This document shows, piece after piece, positions 33,601 to 45,760 of a stretch of 64,000 bases of DNA. The notes below the pieces were generated by a model, which made no database searches, was not told the DNA's origin, and was given only the letters and a program-made list of their open reading frames with translations. Origin of the DNA: Mobula hypostoma (taxonomy: Eukaryota); the NCBI RefSeq assembly GCF_963921235.1, contig NC_086097.1:78866001-78930000 (forward strand), given 5' to 3'. The position numbers and the translations under genes are program-made. Position 1 is the stretch's first letter. Each line of letters begins with the position of its first letter.

Positions 33601-36600
33601 CCATTAACCAATTTCCCCCGGGATCAATAAAGTATGACTATGACTATGTCTGCATGCTTTTATGCATTCAGTTGCTGCCACATGATTGGCTAATAGCTAT
33701 TTGCATTAATAAACAGGTGTACTTAATAAACTGGCTACCAAGTGTACAATCACTGGAGGGAGAAATGAAGGACCTAAGATTGCTACGTCAGAGGGAAATG
33801 TGCGATTGCTGACTCAATGACTTCCCCCTCCCCCCCAACACACACACACACACACACACACTCTTAAACCCAGGGAGTAATTAATCCACTGGATTGACTG
33901 GACAGCCCCGTCAGGAAAACATACAGGCAGAAACATCTGCTTCATGATAAACTCAACATGGTACTTCGAAATATTGGTTTTGTCTCACTCATATTGTCCC
34001 AATCTGGATCAGCTAATGATTAAGTGCCAACCATTCTTCTTACCGAGGGAGTTCTCTGCTGTGCACTGACTACAGTTTACATTCTGCCAAAGGCAGATGT
34101 CGAGCCAGCACTCAGTTGAGTGGCCGTGAAACAAGGAACGGCTTGCCCTGAGCTTTTCACATCCTTGCTGGGGACCTCAGTCAGGCTAGATTGAAGAAAT
34201 CTCTACCCAACTACGAGCAGCAAATAACCTGCAGCATCAGAATACCCAACACTTGACTACTGCTGCTTTACTATCAAGGATGACTAACACAAGGAACAAG
34301 CAACCTAGTTGTGTAATTGAGAGTAGCACCCTAGAGACTTTCAAATCTAAACTCAATAGTTATTTCAACACACTATGTGATTAGGAACTTGGCAAGCTTT
34401 GGTGGGCCAAATGGCCTGTTCTCGCCAAAAACTTTCCAATGTTCCAACCATGAACTGCATTTCAGGAAGTTTGACTATCTGGCTGTCCTACTACATGCCA
34501 AAGACTAAACAGCAAGGTACCAGCGGTAGGAACAACAAAGAGATAATCATGGAAGGCAGACGAGAGGCTTTGTGTCTCTGCTTTGAGATCTGCTTTGTGT
34601 CGGTGGACTAGGCCATGTTTAAGGACTCATCGGGTTTTGAAGCTTATTGATTAGTACTGAGGGGATGAATGGTCCATGAACACTACCTCATTATTTCTCT
34701 TTAGCACTACTCATTTTTGTAACTTTTAATACTTTTTTTGTCTTACACTGTACCGCTGCTGCAAAACAACACCTTTCACAACATAGGTCAGTGATAATAA
34801 AGCTGATTCTGAAAACAGAAATACGATGTAAGGATCTCCCTCCAACCACATTAAGGAATCAAATCACTTGCGTTACTATCTAAACCTTCCATGCAGCTCC
34901 TGAATCAGGAGTCCATGTTGCATACACATCACTTAAATAAATAAATCCTTGAGGATGGCAAGAGTACAGATATATTTTGTGTGGTGAAAATCCTTTTTTT
35001 AAATCAATAAGAGTGATTTGTTGCCACCAGTACTATCCTATACATGTCTGGCCTCCAAGGAAAAGTATATTGTGATAAAGGTTTGACTTCTATGATGGGG
35101 GGGGGGAGGGTGTGAGGCTGTATTATGAGGGGAGATTACTCAGAGAGTGAGCAGCTTCAAGTTCCTGGGTGTCAAGATCTCTGAGGCTCTAACCTGGTCC
35201 CAACACATTGATGTAGTCATAGAGAAGGCAAGACAGTGGCCATACTTTATTAGGAGTTTGAAGCAATTTGGCATGTCGACAAATACGCTCAAAAACTTCT
35301 ATGTACCGTGGAGAGCATTCTGACAGGCTGCATCACTGTCTGGTATGGAGGGGGCTACTGCACAGGACTGAAAGAAGCTGCAGAAGGTTGTAAATCTAGT
35401 CGGCTCCATCTTGGGCACTAGCATACTCATTACCCAGGACATCTTTAGGGAGCAGTGTCTCAGAAAGGCAGCGTCCATTATTAAAGACTTGCAGGACCCT
35501 TTTCTCACTGTTACCATCAGGTAGGAGATACAGGAGCACGAAGGCACACACTCAGCAATTCAGGAACAGCTCCTTCCCCTCTGCCATCCAATTCCTAAAT
35601 GGACTTTGAAGCTTTGGACACTGCCTCACTTTTTTTAAATATACAGTATTTCTGTTTTTGCACATTTTTTAATAATCTATTCAATATATGTAATTGATTT
35701 ACTTGTTTATTTATTATTACTTCTTTTTTCTCTCTCTACTAGATCATGTATTGCATTGAACTGCTGCTGCTAACTTAACAAATTTCACGTCACATGCCGG
35801 TGGAAATAAACCTGATTCTGCTTACCTTTGAGTTTAGAAGAATAATCAGAAAAGAAACTGAGACAAGAGACCTGGCAGTGACTGGAACCAATTTAAGGTA
35901 AGACAGCCACAAAGACATGATGAATTGGAATGAATCAGTACTAACTATTATTTGAGTGGAAAATAAAAGAGGTAGTCAGAAATGGTTTGTTATGGAGTAA
36001 AAATATCAAATGCATGTTGGAATGATAATTTTTGAATCTCAGCAAAAGCAGAGTTTATAAAGTGGAATCCACTGGGAACTGCCAGAAGAGTTTCCACTCT
36101 CTTTTGAATGTTACAAGAAAAACTGAAAATGTTGGGAAAAGTTAGTGGGTCAGGCAATGAGTATGGAGACAGCAAGAGAGTCAATGATCTTCAGATACAA
36201 AATACTGGAGGAACTCAGAAGGTCAGGCAAAATCTATGGAAGGATATGAAAAGTCAACGTTTTGGTCATAGACCCTGATGAAGACAGCCTGAAACACCGA
36301 CTGCTCATTGATGCTGCCTGACCTGCTGAATTCCTTCAGTATTTTGTGTGTGTTGGTCAAGAGTTCCAACATCTGCAGTGATCTTCCGATCTCTTCACAG
36401 ATGCTACATGACCTGAGCATTTCCAATAAATGTTATTTTGGGGCAATACAAACAAAATGATGGAGAAGCTCAGCAGGCCAGGCACCATCTATGGAAAAGT
36501 GTAAACATTTGATATTTTGGGCCGTGACCCTTCATCAGGAAAGGAAGAGAAGTCAGAGTAAGATGTTGGGAGGAAGAAATACAAGGCAATAAGTGACAGG

Positions 36601-38018
36601 CAAAACCAGGAGAGGGGAGGGGTTGAAATAAAGAGCTGAGAAGTTGATTGGTGAAAGAGATAAAGGGCTGGAGAAGGGGGAATCTGATAAGAGAGGACAG
36701 AAGACTATGAAAGAAAGGGAAGGGGAGGAGCACCAGAGGGAGGTGATGGGCAGGTAAGGAGATAAAGTGAGAGAGGGAAACAGGAATGGGGAATGCAAAA
36801 GGAGAGGAAGGCAATTATCGGAAGTTTGAAGTTTACAGCACATAATTCTACGTAACTTTTGTTATCTTCAAAGAGATCCCACGACCATGCGCATCCTTCT
36901 CTCTCCCCCACTTTCTGCTTTCTGCAGGGATCACTCCCTTCTCCGCTCTTCCCTCCCCACTGAGCTCCCTCCTGGTACTTATTCTTGCAAGTGGAGCAAG
37001 TGCCTCACTTGCACCTACACTTCCTCCCCCAATACCATTCAAGACCCCAAACAGTCCTTCCAGATGAGGCGTAACTTCATCTCCAAGTCTGTTGGGGTCA
37101 TTATCCAGTGCTCCCGGTGTGGCATCCTGCAAATCAGTGAGACCCGACGTAGATTGGCAGACAGCTTCACTGAAAAAGCGGGACATTTCAATTCTTCTTC
37201 TCATTCCCATTCTATGGCCTTCTCTACTGCTGCAATGAGACCACACCCAGGTTGGAGAAGCAACACTTTATTCTGTTTGGGTAGCCTCCAAACTGATAGC
37301 ATGAACACTGATTTCTCAAATTTCTGGTAACTTGGCCCCACCCCATTCCTGTTTCCCTCTCACACTTTATCTCCTTACCTGCCCCTCCCCTTTCTTCCTT
37401 GGTCTTCTGACCTCCCCCCCCAACCCAATCAACTTCCCAGCTCTTTACTTCACCTCCCCCCCCCGTCCCGCTTTCACCTTGGTTTCACCTTTCACCTACC
37501 ACCTTGTACTTCTCTCCCCCCCCCCACCCCCAACCTTCTTGCTCTGACTTCTCATCTTCTATTCCAGTCCTAATGAAGCGTCTCGGCCCGAAAGGTCCAC
37601 ATGTTTACTCTTTTCCATAGACGCTGCCTGGCCTGCTGAATTCTTCCAGCATTTTGTGTGTGTTGCTTCGATTTCCAGCATCTGCAGATTTTCTTGTTTG
37701 TGAAAATACTATTTTATTTCAGATTTCCAGCATGTGCAATTCAATCTGCTTTGTCATCAGATTCCTGCAGTCACTTTGCTTAGGGAAAATCAGTATTTTA
37801 TTGTTGTCATTCCGAGCAAAGAGTAAACACATCCCGTAGTGTCAGCACAGTTTTGCTCCATCGGCCTAGACTCCGTCTCCATGAAAAGCGGAAGTTGGGG
37901 TCCGAATACTCAGTTACTCACCTCCTGAGCACCCGGTCACTTGTTCGTACTGGCTCCTCAACTCCTCATAAACCCCTATGTACGCCTCATGCATCTTCTC
38001 GAACTCCTCCGAGGACAT
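27592..38018 (-). CDS. VTI1B: Vesicle transport through interaction with t-SNAREs 1B (Qb-SNARE), complete 6-exon gene, 224 aa
   Basis: Minus-strand exons 38018-37922, 29702-29644, 29493-29308, 28664-28491, 28348-28287, 27688-27592 (675 nt), GT-AG and in phase. Habc region, SNARE motif (ETDQIGSEIIEELGEQREQLER) and C-terminal TM (LLLGIIILLEVAILGTVVYLKFFRKH). Confidence 0.96.
28287..28348 (-). CDS. VTI1B: VTI1B exon 5
   Basis: gaag|LINTGENLSRSRKILRAMSR(R)|gtaag. Confidence 0.93.
28491..28664 (-). CDS. VTI1B: VTI1B exon 4
   Basis: ttgcag|NHLASQRALLLQGSDSLNRASQS...LERSKDR|gtaagt. Confidence 0.95.
29308..29493 (-). CDS. VTI1B: VTI1B exon 3
   Basis: cctag|LDGMEKEIRNAPLSYRNQM...AENEQS|gtaagt. Confidence 0.94.
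29644..29702 (-). CDS. VTI1B: VTI1B exon 2
   Basis: tacag|ELKKRFLREIDEKAEEANEI|gtaagt, 59 nt. Confidence 0.93.
30262..30802. repeat. ~200-bp near-perfect inverted repeat (arms 30262-30464 and 30602-30802)
   Basis: Base-by-base reverse-complement match with only a few differences. Confidence 0.93.
30350..31489 (+). mobile_element. Non-autonomous hAT (Charlie/Buster/GTF2IRD2-type) element in VTI1B intron 1
   Basis: TIRs CAGGGATGGCCCACCT / AGGTTGGCCACCCCTG; 8-bp TSD ACCTAGAG (30342-30349, 31490-31497); BED-finger ORF (FNEQWEDEFLF..CIVC..HYKTQH). Confidence 0.9.
31945..32130. mobile_element. Palindromic PLE-pLTR-derived short element
   Basis: CACACACAAAATGCTGGAGGAATTC ... GAGTTCCTCCAGCATTTTGTGTGTG head-to-head arms. 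Confidence 0.65.
32391..32910 (+). mobile_element. PLE 3' fragment/pLTR with hammerhead (GAAA>AAAA) at ~32813-32849
   Basis: Highly similar to 13249-13781. Confidence 0.85.
33184..33744. mobile_element. Tc1-type non-autonomous element with a ~45-bp retroposed tail inserted at ~33601-33645
   Basis: ACTCAGTGGCCACTTTATTA ... TAATAAACTGGCTACCAAGTG|TA imperfect TIRs; insert AATAAAG(TATGAC)n flanked by ATGTCT. Confidence 0.65.
35140..35820 (+). mobile_element. Rex1/Babar LINE 3' fragment
   Basis: SFKFLGV.ISE.LTW and ESILTGCITVWYG remnants; AATAAACCTGATTCTG tail. Confidence 0.75.
36450..37700 (+). mobile_element. Older Penelope-like element with inverted pLTR (~36450-36830) and GIY-YIG 3' body (~36850-37700)
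   Basis: PPGTYSCKWSKCLTC..GVIIQCSRCG..ISETRRRLADSFTE; degenerate hammerheads at ~36505-36540 (-) and ~37566-37600 (+). Confidence 0.82.
37922..38018 (-). CDS. VTI1B: VTI1B coding exon 1
   Basis: MSSEEFEKMHEAYIGVYEELRSQYEQVTGCSG(E)|gtgagt in a CpG-rich region. Confidence 0.92.
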
Positions 38019-38029
38019 GTTCACGATGT

Positions 38030-38310
38030 TTTCATCCAGCTGCCGCTACCACACACAAAGCTGCAGCCGCCACACTTCCGGCTGCCGCATCGCCGCCGAT
38101 TGACCGGGCCCCGCCTCTTGCCGCAAAAAATGGAGCGGCCACCTGCTCTCGTATCTTGCAAAGTGAAAGCAGAGTTTGTCGGCATCACACTTCAGTCTTA
38201 ATTTCCGATCTTCCGATCTTCGTTCTTGGGCTCGTTAACCCGACGCGCGGGCTCCTAGCAACCAGCCGGCCGGCCGCCGCATCTTGGGAGTTGTAGTTCC
38301 AGTCGATTGG
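38030..38310 (-). promoter_or_regulatory. VTI1B CpG-island promoter (possibly bidirectional with RDH12)
   Basis: CpG-rich; minus-strand GAACTACAACTCCCAAGATGC (ZNF143/THAP11-type motif, ~38279-38299); ETS site CCGGAAGTG (~38073-38081). Confidence 0.7.
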
Positions 38311-39116
38311 AAATAACTGGCAGGCCAGGTAGCATCCGCAAAAGGAGAAGTGGAATAAATAGTTAGATCGATTAACGTGGATTAGAACTGAATCTGAAGC
38401 CGCCAAAAAGTCAGTGACAGCTGGAGAAAGAAAGTGGCTGCAAATGCTGGAATCTGGTGCAACTCACTGACTGCTTTACACTTTGTCGACAAACAATTGA
38501 TACTAGAACGTACAATCATCACAGCGATACTTGATTCTGCTCTTCGCGCTCCCTGGAGTACAAATCGATAGTAAATATTAAAAATTTAAATTATAAATCA
38601 TAAATAGAAAAGGGAAAGTAAGGTAGTGCAAAAAAACTGAGAGGCAGGTGTGGATATTTAGAGGGTACGGTTCAGACCCCGGTCAGGAACCGTGCAGCAG
38701 TCTTATCACAGTTGGAAAGAAGCTGTTCCCAAATCTGGCTGTACGAGTCTTCAAGCTCCTGAACCTTCTCCCGGAGGGAATAGGGACGAAAAGTGTGTTA
38801 GCTGGGTGGGTCGTGTGCTTGATTATCCTGGCAGCATTTAGAGGAACTTAACAAGTCAGGCAGCATCTGCGGAGGGACGGGGACATTTCGGTTCGACACC
38901 CTTCACCTATGATCTTAATCCCAAACGTCGACTGCCCGCTTCTTTCCACAGAAGGTGGCTCCTCCCTATGCTTCGCCAACTTTTTGTGATTGACAGCTGG
39001 GACGGGCGCTCGCGGTATTCTGGGTATTGTAGTATCAGTGCCTCCATCCCGAGGTTTTAAACCCGGTAGCGTGTGAGCGGCAGCTTCTTTGTGTCTGTTG
39101 GTGCTGCAATCGGAGG

Positions 39117-39193
39117 ATGTCATTCTTCGTAAGCCTCATCGGGATCTGTGCAATTACTGCTCTTCTGCTAGCAGCATTTGCTCCATATATCAG
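39117..39193 (+). CDS. RDH12: Retinol dehydrogenase 12/11-like, coding exon 1 (signal anchor)
   Basis: MSFFVSLIGICAITALLLAAFAPYI(R)|gttcgt; hydrophobic anchor ending APYIR; phase 2 matches the exon at 63065. Confidence 0.8.
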
Positions 39194-40094
39194 GTTCGTA
39201 TTTATCCCTTGAAATATTTTGAAGCATTTGTTGGGTGTTAATATATCAGGCATTAGTTACCTTTCTAGCATCTGCAGTCTTCAGCAAATAAATTGCATTT
39301 AGTTTTGGAGAAGCAAATCTATAACAGTGGAGATTTGGATGATTGTGTTTTTCAAACTATGTTTAAAATATCACAGTGTAAAGTCACTTGACGTGAAATA
39401 GTTTTACGATGTCCATGCTGTTCATTGAATAAAACAGGGATAGCTATGACTTGTATAATTCTTCAATGCAACCTTTGAATATTTTTATTCAGTGAATTAA
39501 TGTAGGTAATATTTGCCTGTTTATGTTTCACTCAAATCGCTTCTCGCTCTAAATAAAGGGTTTGACGCAGTGAAGTAACTGTGACAAATCATCTCCAAAA
39601 CTTAATTCCGCGTTGTAATAAATGCACATTTAAAAAAAACTGGTGGAACAGCTGCCCCTTTTGCGCTGGAAGGCATTGTAATGACCCCAAGGATAACGTT
39701 TAAACTGATGAACGTCCGAACATTTGGTCAGGTCATGGGCGGACCATCTCCTACGTTTGATTGGCTACTTGCTGCCGAGCGTAAGCATCCCACCTTATGA
39801 CCGATGCTTCCGGTCGCCAGAGGTCCTTGAATTGACTTTATTTCTTATCTCCTTTACATACATGAGGAGTAAAAATTCTTACGTTACATCTCTGTCTAAA
39901 TGTGCAATGTGCAATTTATAGTAATTTATAATAAATAGTATGTACAACAGGACACCCAATATAATATGTAAATACAGTTGTGTCAGCATGCGTTAATCAG
40001 TCTGATGACCTGGTGAAAGGAGCTGTCTCAGAGTTTGTTGATCCTGGCTTTTGTGCAGCGGTATCGCTTCCCGGATGGTAGCAGCTGGAACAGT

Positions 40095-43000
40095 CAAGAC
40101 CAGCAAGGGAGCAGTTACTCTATTGGGAGTATTCTATAGGCCCCCTGGTAGCAGCAGAGATACCGAGGAGCAGATTGGGAGGCAGATTTTGGAAAGGTGC
40201 AAAAATAACAGGATTGTATCATGGGTGACTTTAAATTCCCTAATATTGATTGGCACCTGATTAGTTCCAATGGTTTAGACGGGACAGAGTTTGTTAAGTG
40301 TCTCCAGGATGGATTCCTGTCATAGTGTGTTCACAGGCCAGCTAAGGGGAATGCCATACTAGATCTAGTATTAGGTAACAAACCAGGTCAGGTCACAGAT
40401 CTCTCAGTGAGTGAGCACCTGGGGGACAGTGACCACCGCAGACATCCCACCTCTCCCGGAAGTTCCGGGAGTCTCCCGCATATGAATAGTGGCTCCCTGA
40501 TGCCCGCAAATTATATACAACATCACGGAAATCAATTTTTTGAGAGCGCGAGAGCAAGCAAGCGAGAGCGACCACGGGAGAGAGAGAGCGAGAGCACGCC
40601 ATGGCAGAGTGTTCCAAAAAAAAAGAAAATATAAAACGCACGTCACCCCATGCTACACTAAGGTGTACCCCTGCCTAATAGGGGTCAAAAATAATGACCG
40701 TGTTGCTCGCTGCACTGTTTGCATCAGTGACTTTTCTATTGCCCATGGTGGGTCAAGACTGTAAAAGACATGTTGAGGTGAGTTTAACAGGTGTCATTTG
40801 TTCATTAGATAGCTAACATTATTTAAACTAGCTGGCTGGCTGCTAAGGAGCTACTCTGTTGCAGACACCCCACCTCTCCTGGAAGTCTCCCCCAAATTAA
40901 TGGTGCTATCTCCCTGAAATCAGTTTTTGCAGGGTGGACTGTCTGCCACCGCTCCCTGGCCTTTAGCATTATCATGGAAAAGGATAGAATCAGAGAGGAC
41001 AGGAAAATTTTTAATTGGGGAAGGCAAATTATGAGGCTATAAGGCTAGAACTTGCGGGTGTGAATTGGGATGATGTTTTAGCAAGGAAATGTACTATGAA
41101 CATGTGGTCAATGTTTAGGGATCTCTTGTGGGATGTTAGGGATAAATTTGTCCCGGTGAGGAAGATAAAGAATGGTAGGGTGAAGGAACCATGGATGACC
41201 AGTGAGGTGGAAAATCTAGTCAGGTGGAAGAAGGCAACATACACGAGGTTTAGGAAGCAAGGACCAGATGAGCCTATTGAGAAATATAGGGTAGCAAGAA
41301 AGGAGCTTAAGAAGGAGCTGAGGAGAGCAAGAAGGGGGCATGAGGAGGCTTTGACGAGTAGGGTAAAGGAAAACCACAAGGCATTCTCCAATTATGTGAA
41401 GAACAAAAGGATAACAGGAGTGAAGGTAGGACTGATTAGAGATAAAGATGGGAAGATGTTCCTGGAGGCTGTGGAAGTGAGCAAGGCCCTCAATAAATAG
41501 TTCTCTTCAGTATTCACCAATGAGAGGGAACTTAATGAAGGTGAGGACAATATGAGTGAGGTTGATGTTCTGGAGCATGTTGATATTAAGGGAGAGGAGG
41601 TATTGGAGTTGCTAAAATACATTAGGATGGATAAGTCCCCAGGATCTGATGGAATATTCCTGAGGCTGCTCCATGAGGTGAGGGAAAAGATTGCTGAGCC
41701 TCTGGCTAGGATTTTTATGTCCTTGTCCACGGGAATGGTACCGGAGGATTAGAGGGAGGAGAATGTTGTTCCCTTGTTCAGAAAAGGTAGTAGGGATAGT
41801 CCAGGTAATTATAGACCAGTGAGCCTTACATCTGTGGTAGAAAAACTGTTGGAAAAGATTCTTAGAGATAGGATCTATGGGTATTTAGAGAAACATGGCC
41901 TGATCAGGGACAGTCAGCATGGCTTTGTGAAGGGCAGATCATGTCTAACAAGCCTGACAGAGTGCTTTGAGGAGGTGACCAGGCATATAGATGAGGGTAG
42001 TGCAGTGGATGTGATCTACATGGATTTTAGTAAGACATTTGACAAGGTTCCGCATGGTAGGCTTATTCAGAAAGTCGGAAGGCATGGGATCCAGGGAAGT
42101 TTGGCCAGGTGGATTCAGAATTGGCTTGCCTGCAGTAAGCAAAGGGCCGTGGTGGAGGGAGTACATTTGTATTGGAGGATTGTGACTAGTGGTGTCCCAC
42201 AAGGATCAGTTCTGGGAGCTCTACTTTCTGTGATATTTATTAACGACCTGGATGTGGGGTTAGAAAGGTGGGTTGGCAAGTTTGCAAACGACACAAAGGT
42301 TGGTGGTGGTGTTGTGTATAGCGTAGAGGATTGTCAAAGATTGCAGAGAGACATTGATAAGATGCAGAAGTGGGCTGAGAAGTGGCAGATGGAGTTCAAC
42401 CCGGAGAAGTGTGAGGTGGTACACTTTGGAAGGACAAACTCCAAGGCAGAGTACAAAGTAAATGGCAGGATACTTGGTAGTGTGGAGGAGCAGAGGGATC
42501 TGGGGGTACATGCCCATAGATCTCTGAAAGTTGCCTCACAGGTAGATAGGGTAGTTAAGAAAGCTTATGGGGTGTTATCCTTCATAAGTTGAGTGATAGA
42601 GTTTAAGAGTTGCGAGGTAATGATGCAGCTCTATAAAACTCTGGTTAGGTCGCACTTGGAGTACTGTGTCCAGTTCTGGTCGCCTCACTATAAGAAGGAC
42701 GTGGAAGCATTGGAAAGGGTACAGAGGAGCTTTACCAGGATACTGCCTGGTTTAGAGAGTATGCATTATGATCAGAGATTAAGGGAGCTAGGGCTTTACT
42801 CTTTGGAGAGAAGGAGGATGAGAGGAGACATAATAGAGGTATACAAGATTTTAAGAGGAATAGATAGAGTGGACAACCAGCGCATCTTCCCCAGGGCACC
42901 ACTGCTCAATATAAGAGGACATGGCTTTAAGGTAAGGGGTGGGAAGTTCAAGGGGGATATTAGAGGAAGGTTTTTTACTCAGAGAGTGATTGGTGCCTGG

Positions 43001-43175
43001 AATGCACTGCCTGAGTCAGTGGAGGCAGATATACTAGTGCAATTTAAGAGACTACTAGACAGGTATATGGAGGAATTTAAGGTGGGGGGTTATATGGGAG
43101 GCAGGGTTTAAGGGTTGGCCAAACATTGTGGACTGAAGGGCCTGTACTGTGCTGTATTGTTCTATGTTCTATGTT
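40095..43175 (+). mobile_element. CR1 LINE ORF2 (stops/frameshifts), interrupted by hAT
   Basis: YRPP, GDF, SDH, NYRPVSLTS, YMDFSKTFDKVPH, KFANDTK; (TTCTATG)n tail. Confidence 0.9.
40439..40945 (+). mobile_element. Non-autonomous hAT-like element (Blackjack/hAT6-like) nested in CR1
   Basis: TIRs CAGACATCCCACC / GGTGGACTGTCTG; flanking CCACCG duplicated; BED-finger remnant RCTVCISDFSIAHGG..CKRH. Confidence 0.8.
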
Positions 43176-44974
43176 AATAGTTTGTGGTTGGGGTGACTCG
43201 GGTCCCCAATAATCTTTCGGACCCTTTTTACACACCTGTCTTTGTAAATGTCCTGAATAGTGGGAAGTTCACATCTACAGATGCACTGGGCTGTCCGCAC
43301 CACTCTCTGCAGAGTCCTGCGATTGAAGGAAGTTCAGTTCCCATACCAGGCAGTGATGCAGCCAGTCAGGATGCTCTCAATTGTGCCCTGTAGATAGTTC
43401 TTAGGATTTGGGGGCCCATACCAAACTTCTTGAAATGTCTGAGGTGAAAGAGGCGCTGTTGTGGTTGTCTTCACCATATAGCCGGTGTGTACAGACTCCT
43501 TGAGACTTTCGGTGATGTGTATGCCAAGGAACTTAAAGCTGTTCACCCTCTCAACCCCAGATTCATTGATGTTAATAGGGGTTCGCCTGTCTCTGTTCCT
43601 CCTATAGTCCATAACCAGCTCCTTTGTTTTTGCGACATTGTGAGAGAAGTTGTTTTCTTGACACCACTGTGTCAGGGTGATAACTTTTTCTCTGTAGGCT
43701 GTAGGCTGCCTCATTAGTTAGCAGATTGGAGCTGTGGGTGGCGACACAGTCATGGGTATACAGAGAGTAAAGGAGGGAGCTGAGGACGGAACCCTGAGGG
43801 GCACCTGTGTTGAGGGGCAGAGGTGAAGGAGCCACTCTACCACCCGCCGGCAATCTGACAGGAAGTCCAGGATCCAGCTGCAAAAGGCAGGGTGAAGGCT
43901 GAGGTCTCTGAGCTTCTTGTCAAGCCTGGAGGGAATTATGGTGTTGAATGCTGAACTGTAGTCCAAGGACAGCATTCTCACATGATTCAGCATGACTCAG
44001 TCCTACACTTATAGACCAATTTTAGCTTCTAGCTCAGAGCCACCCATTAAGAATTTGTACCTTTTCTCTTTCAGTCCTTCATTGGCCTCGCGTCTCTCTC
44101 TTTCACCTATGGATTCTTAAAATTCTCTGAGGTCTGAACTCTTCCCAATCCAGCCTCTGCATTCTTCTGATTATACTGTAATTGTTCCATCGGTGCCCGT
44201 GGATTCAGTTGCCTGAATCCTTTAAAGATGCTCTTAAAAACCTTACTGCAAAGCAAAACAAAAGCTGTAGATACTGGAATCTGTAATAAAAACTATGAAG
44301 TGTAAGGGTAGAAAATGCTGGCGATATTGAGCAATTTAAGCAGGAGCTATGGAAACAAAAACAGTAAGGTTTCACTTCAAAGGTCCTCAGCTTGAAATAT
44401 TAACTGTTTCTATCTCAGCAGCTGCTACCTGTCCTACAAGGTATTTACATAATTTTTTTTTAAACTTGAGTATCCTTTTAAATAACTGCCCTGGTATTTC
44501 TTGATGTGCCATGGTATCAAATTTTTAACAGCCCTATGTTCACCTTTTCTACATTTTATTATTTTAAGAGTGTGCATGAATGCATATGTCCCAAATCTAA
44601 ATGATGAGTTAGTCCGTCATCTAGGTTTTGCTGATGATGGCTAGATTGATTTAAAGAGCATTTCATGAAAATAGCTGCAGGAGTAGGCCTTTCAGCTTTT
44701 CCAGGCTGCTATGCCGTTATTGTGGCTGATCATCCCAAATCCACTACCTACTCCTGTTTTCTCCCCTTGATCTGTTTAGGTATTAGTACTAGAAAATCCC
44801 ACAAGATCACCAGTCTTTGGGGTGAGAAACGAGTTTTCCTTATCATATACACAGGCTGTGATATCCGATTTTGGGCTTCTTCAGCAGAAGGATCATCTTT
44901 CCTGCATTTAATCCATCTGCTTCCATTGGGATTTTGTGAAGTTCACTGAGGTCCCTTCCAATTCTCTAAATTCC

Positions 44975-45500
44975 CATTCACGCTGCAATGTGTTGATCCA
45001 TTGACTCTTCTTGCACCAAGATGAGGCCACCCTCAGGGTGGCAGAGCAACATCTTATATTCTGTCCTGGTACCCTCCAACCTGATGGTATGAATATTGAT
45101 TTCTCATTCCAGTGAATAAATTCCACCCCCCCCCCCAACACCTTCCTCATTCCCCACTCTGACCTTTCACTTCTTTTCACCTGCCTATTACTTCCCTCAG
45201 GCCCCCTCCTCCCCTTTCTCCTACTGTCCACTCTCCTCTCCTATCAGATTCTTTCTTCTCCTGCACTTTACCTTTCCCACCCACCTGGCTTCACCTATTA
45301 CCTTCCAGCTAGCCTTTACCCCCTCCCCCCACCGTTTTATTCAGGCACATTCCCACTTCCTTCTCAGTCCTGAATAAGGGTCTAGGCCCGAAATGTTGAC
45401 TGTTTACTCTTTTCCATAGATGCTGCCTGGCCTGCGTTCCTCTGGCATTTTGTGGGTGTTGCTTTGAAGTTCCAGCATCTGCAGACTTTCTCATTTTTTG
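44975..45500 (+). mobile_element. PLE 3' fragment/pLTR with degenerate hammerhead (~45366-45401)
   Basis: Similar to other pLTR copies; CTGAATA..GGGTCTAGGCCC GAAATGTTGACT. Confidence 0.78.
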
Positions 45501-45760
45501 TGGTGAACAGACGTTATTTTCAGGTTGATTGGCAGTACAGGTGGCCCCCGTTTTCCGAACGTTCGCTTTACGTCAGCTCACTGTTACAAAACACTGTTAC
45601 GAAAAAAGGCAGCGTGTGCTCCGAGCAGCCAAGCTCCTCCCCCGGAATTACATTCTAGCTGCCATAGCTTAAACTCGTGTCTGTGAGCATCTTGCTTTAT
45701 CTCGATTTATTTTGTGCATCTGTTCGCAAGATGAGTTCTAAGGTATTGGAAAAGCCTAAG

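Larger units (their letters stand above)
39841..43985 (-). mobile_element. Rex1/Babar LINE fragment (39841-~40094 and ~43176-43985) split by CR1
   Basis: [46 protein letters not shown]; the two halves join across the CR1 (..GGAACAGT / AATAGTTTGTGG..). Confidence 0.8.

Noticed and set aside
37853..38296. 147-aa plus-strand ORF
   Set aside because: Antisense to VTI1B exon 1 in a GC-rich island; low complexity, no homology recognised.
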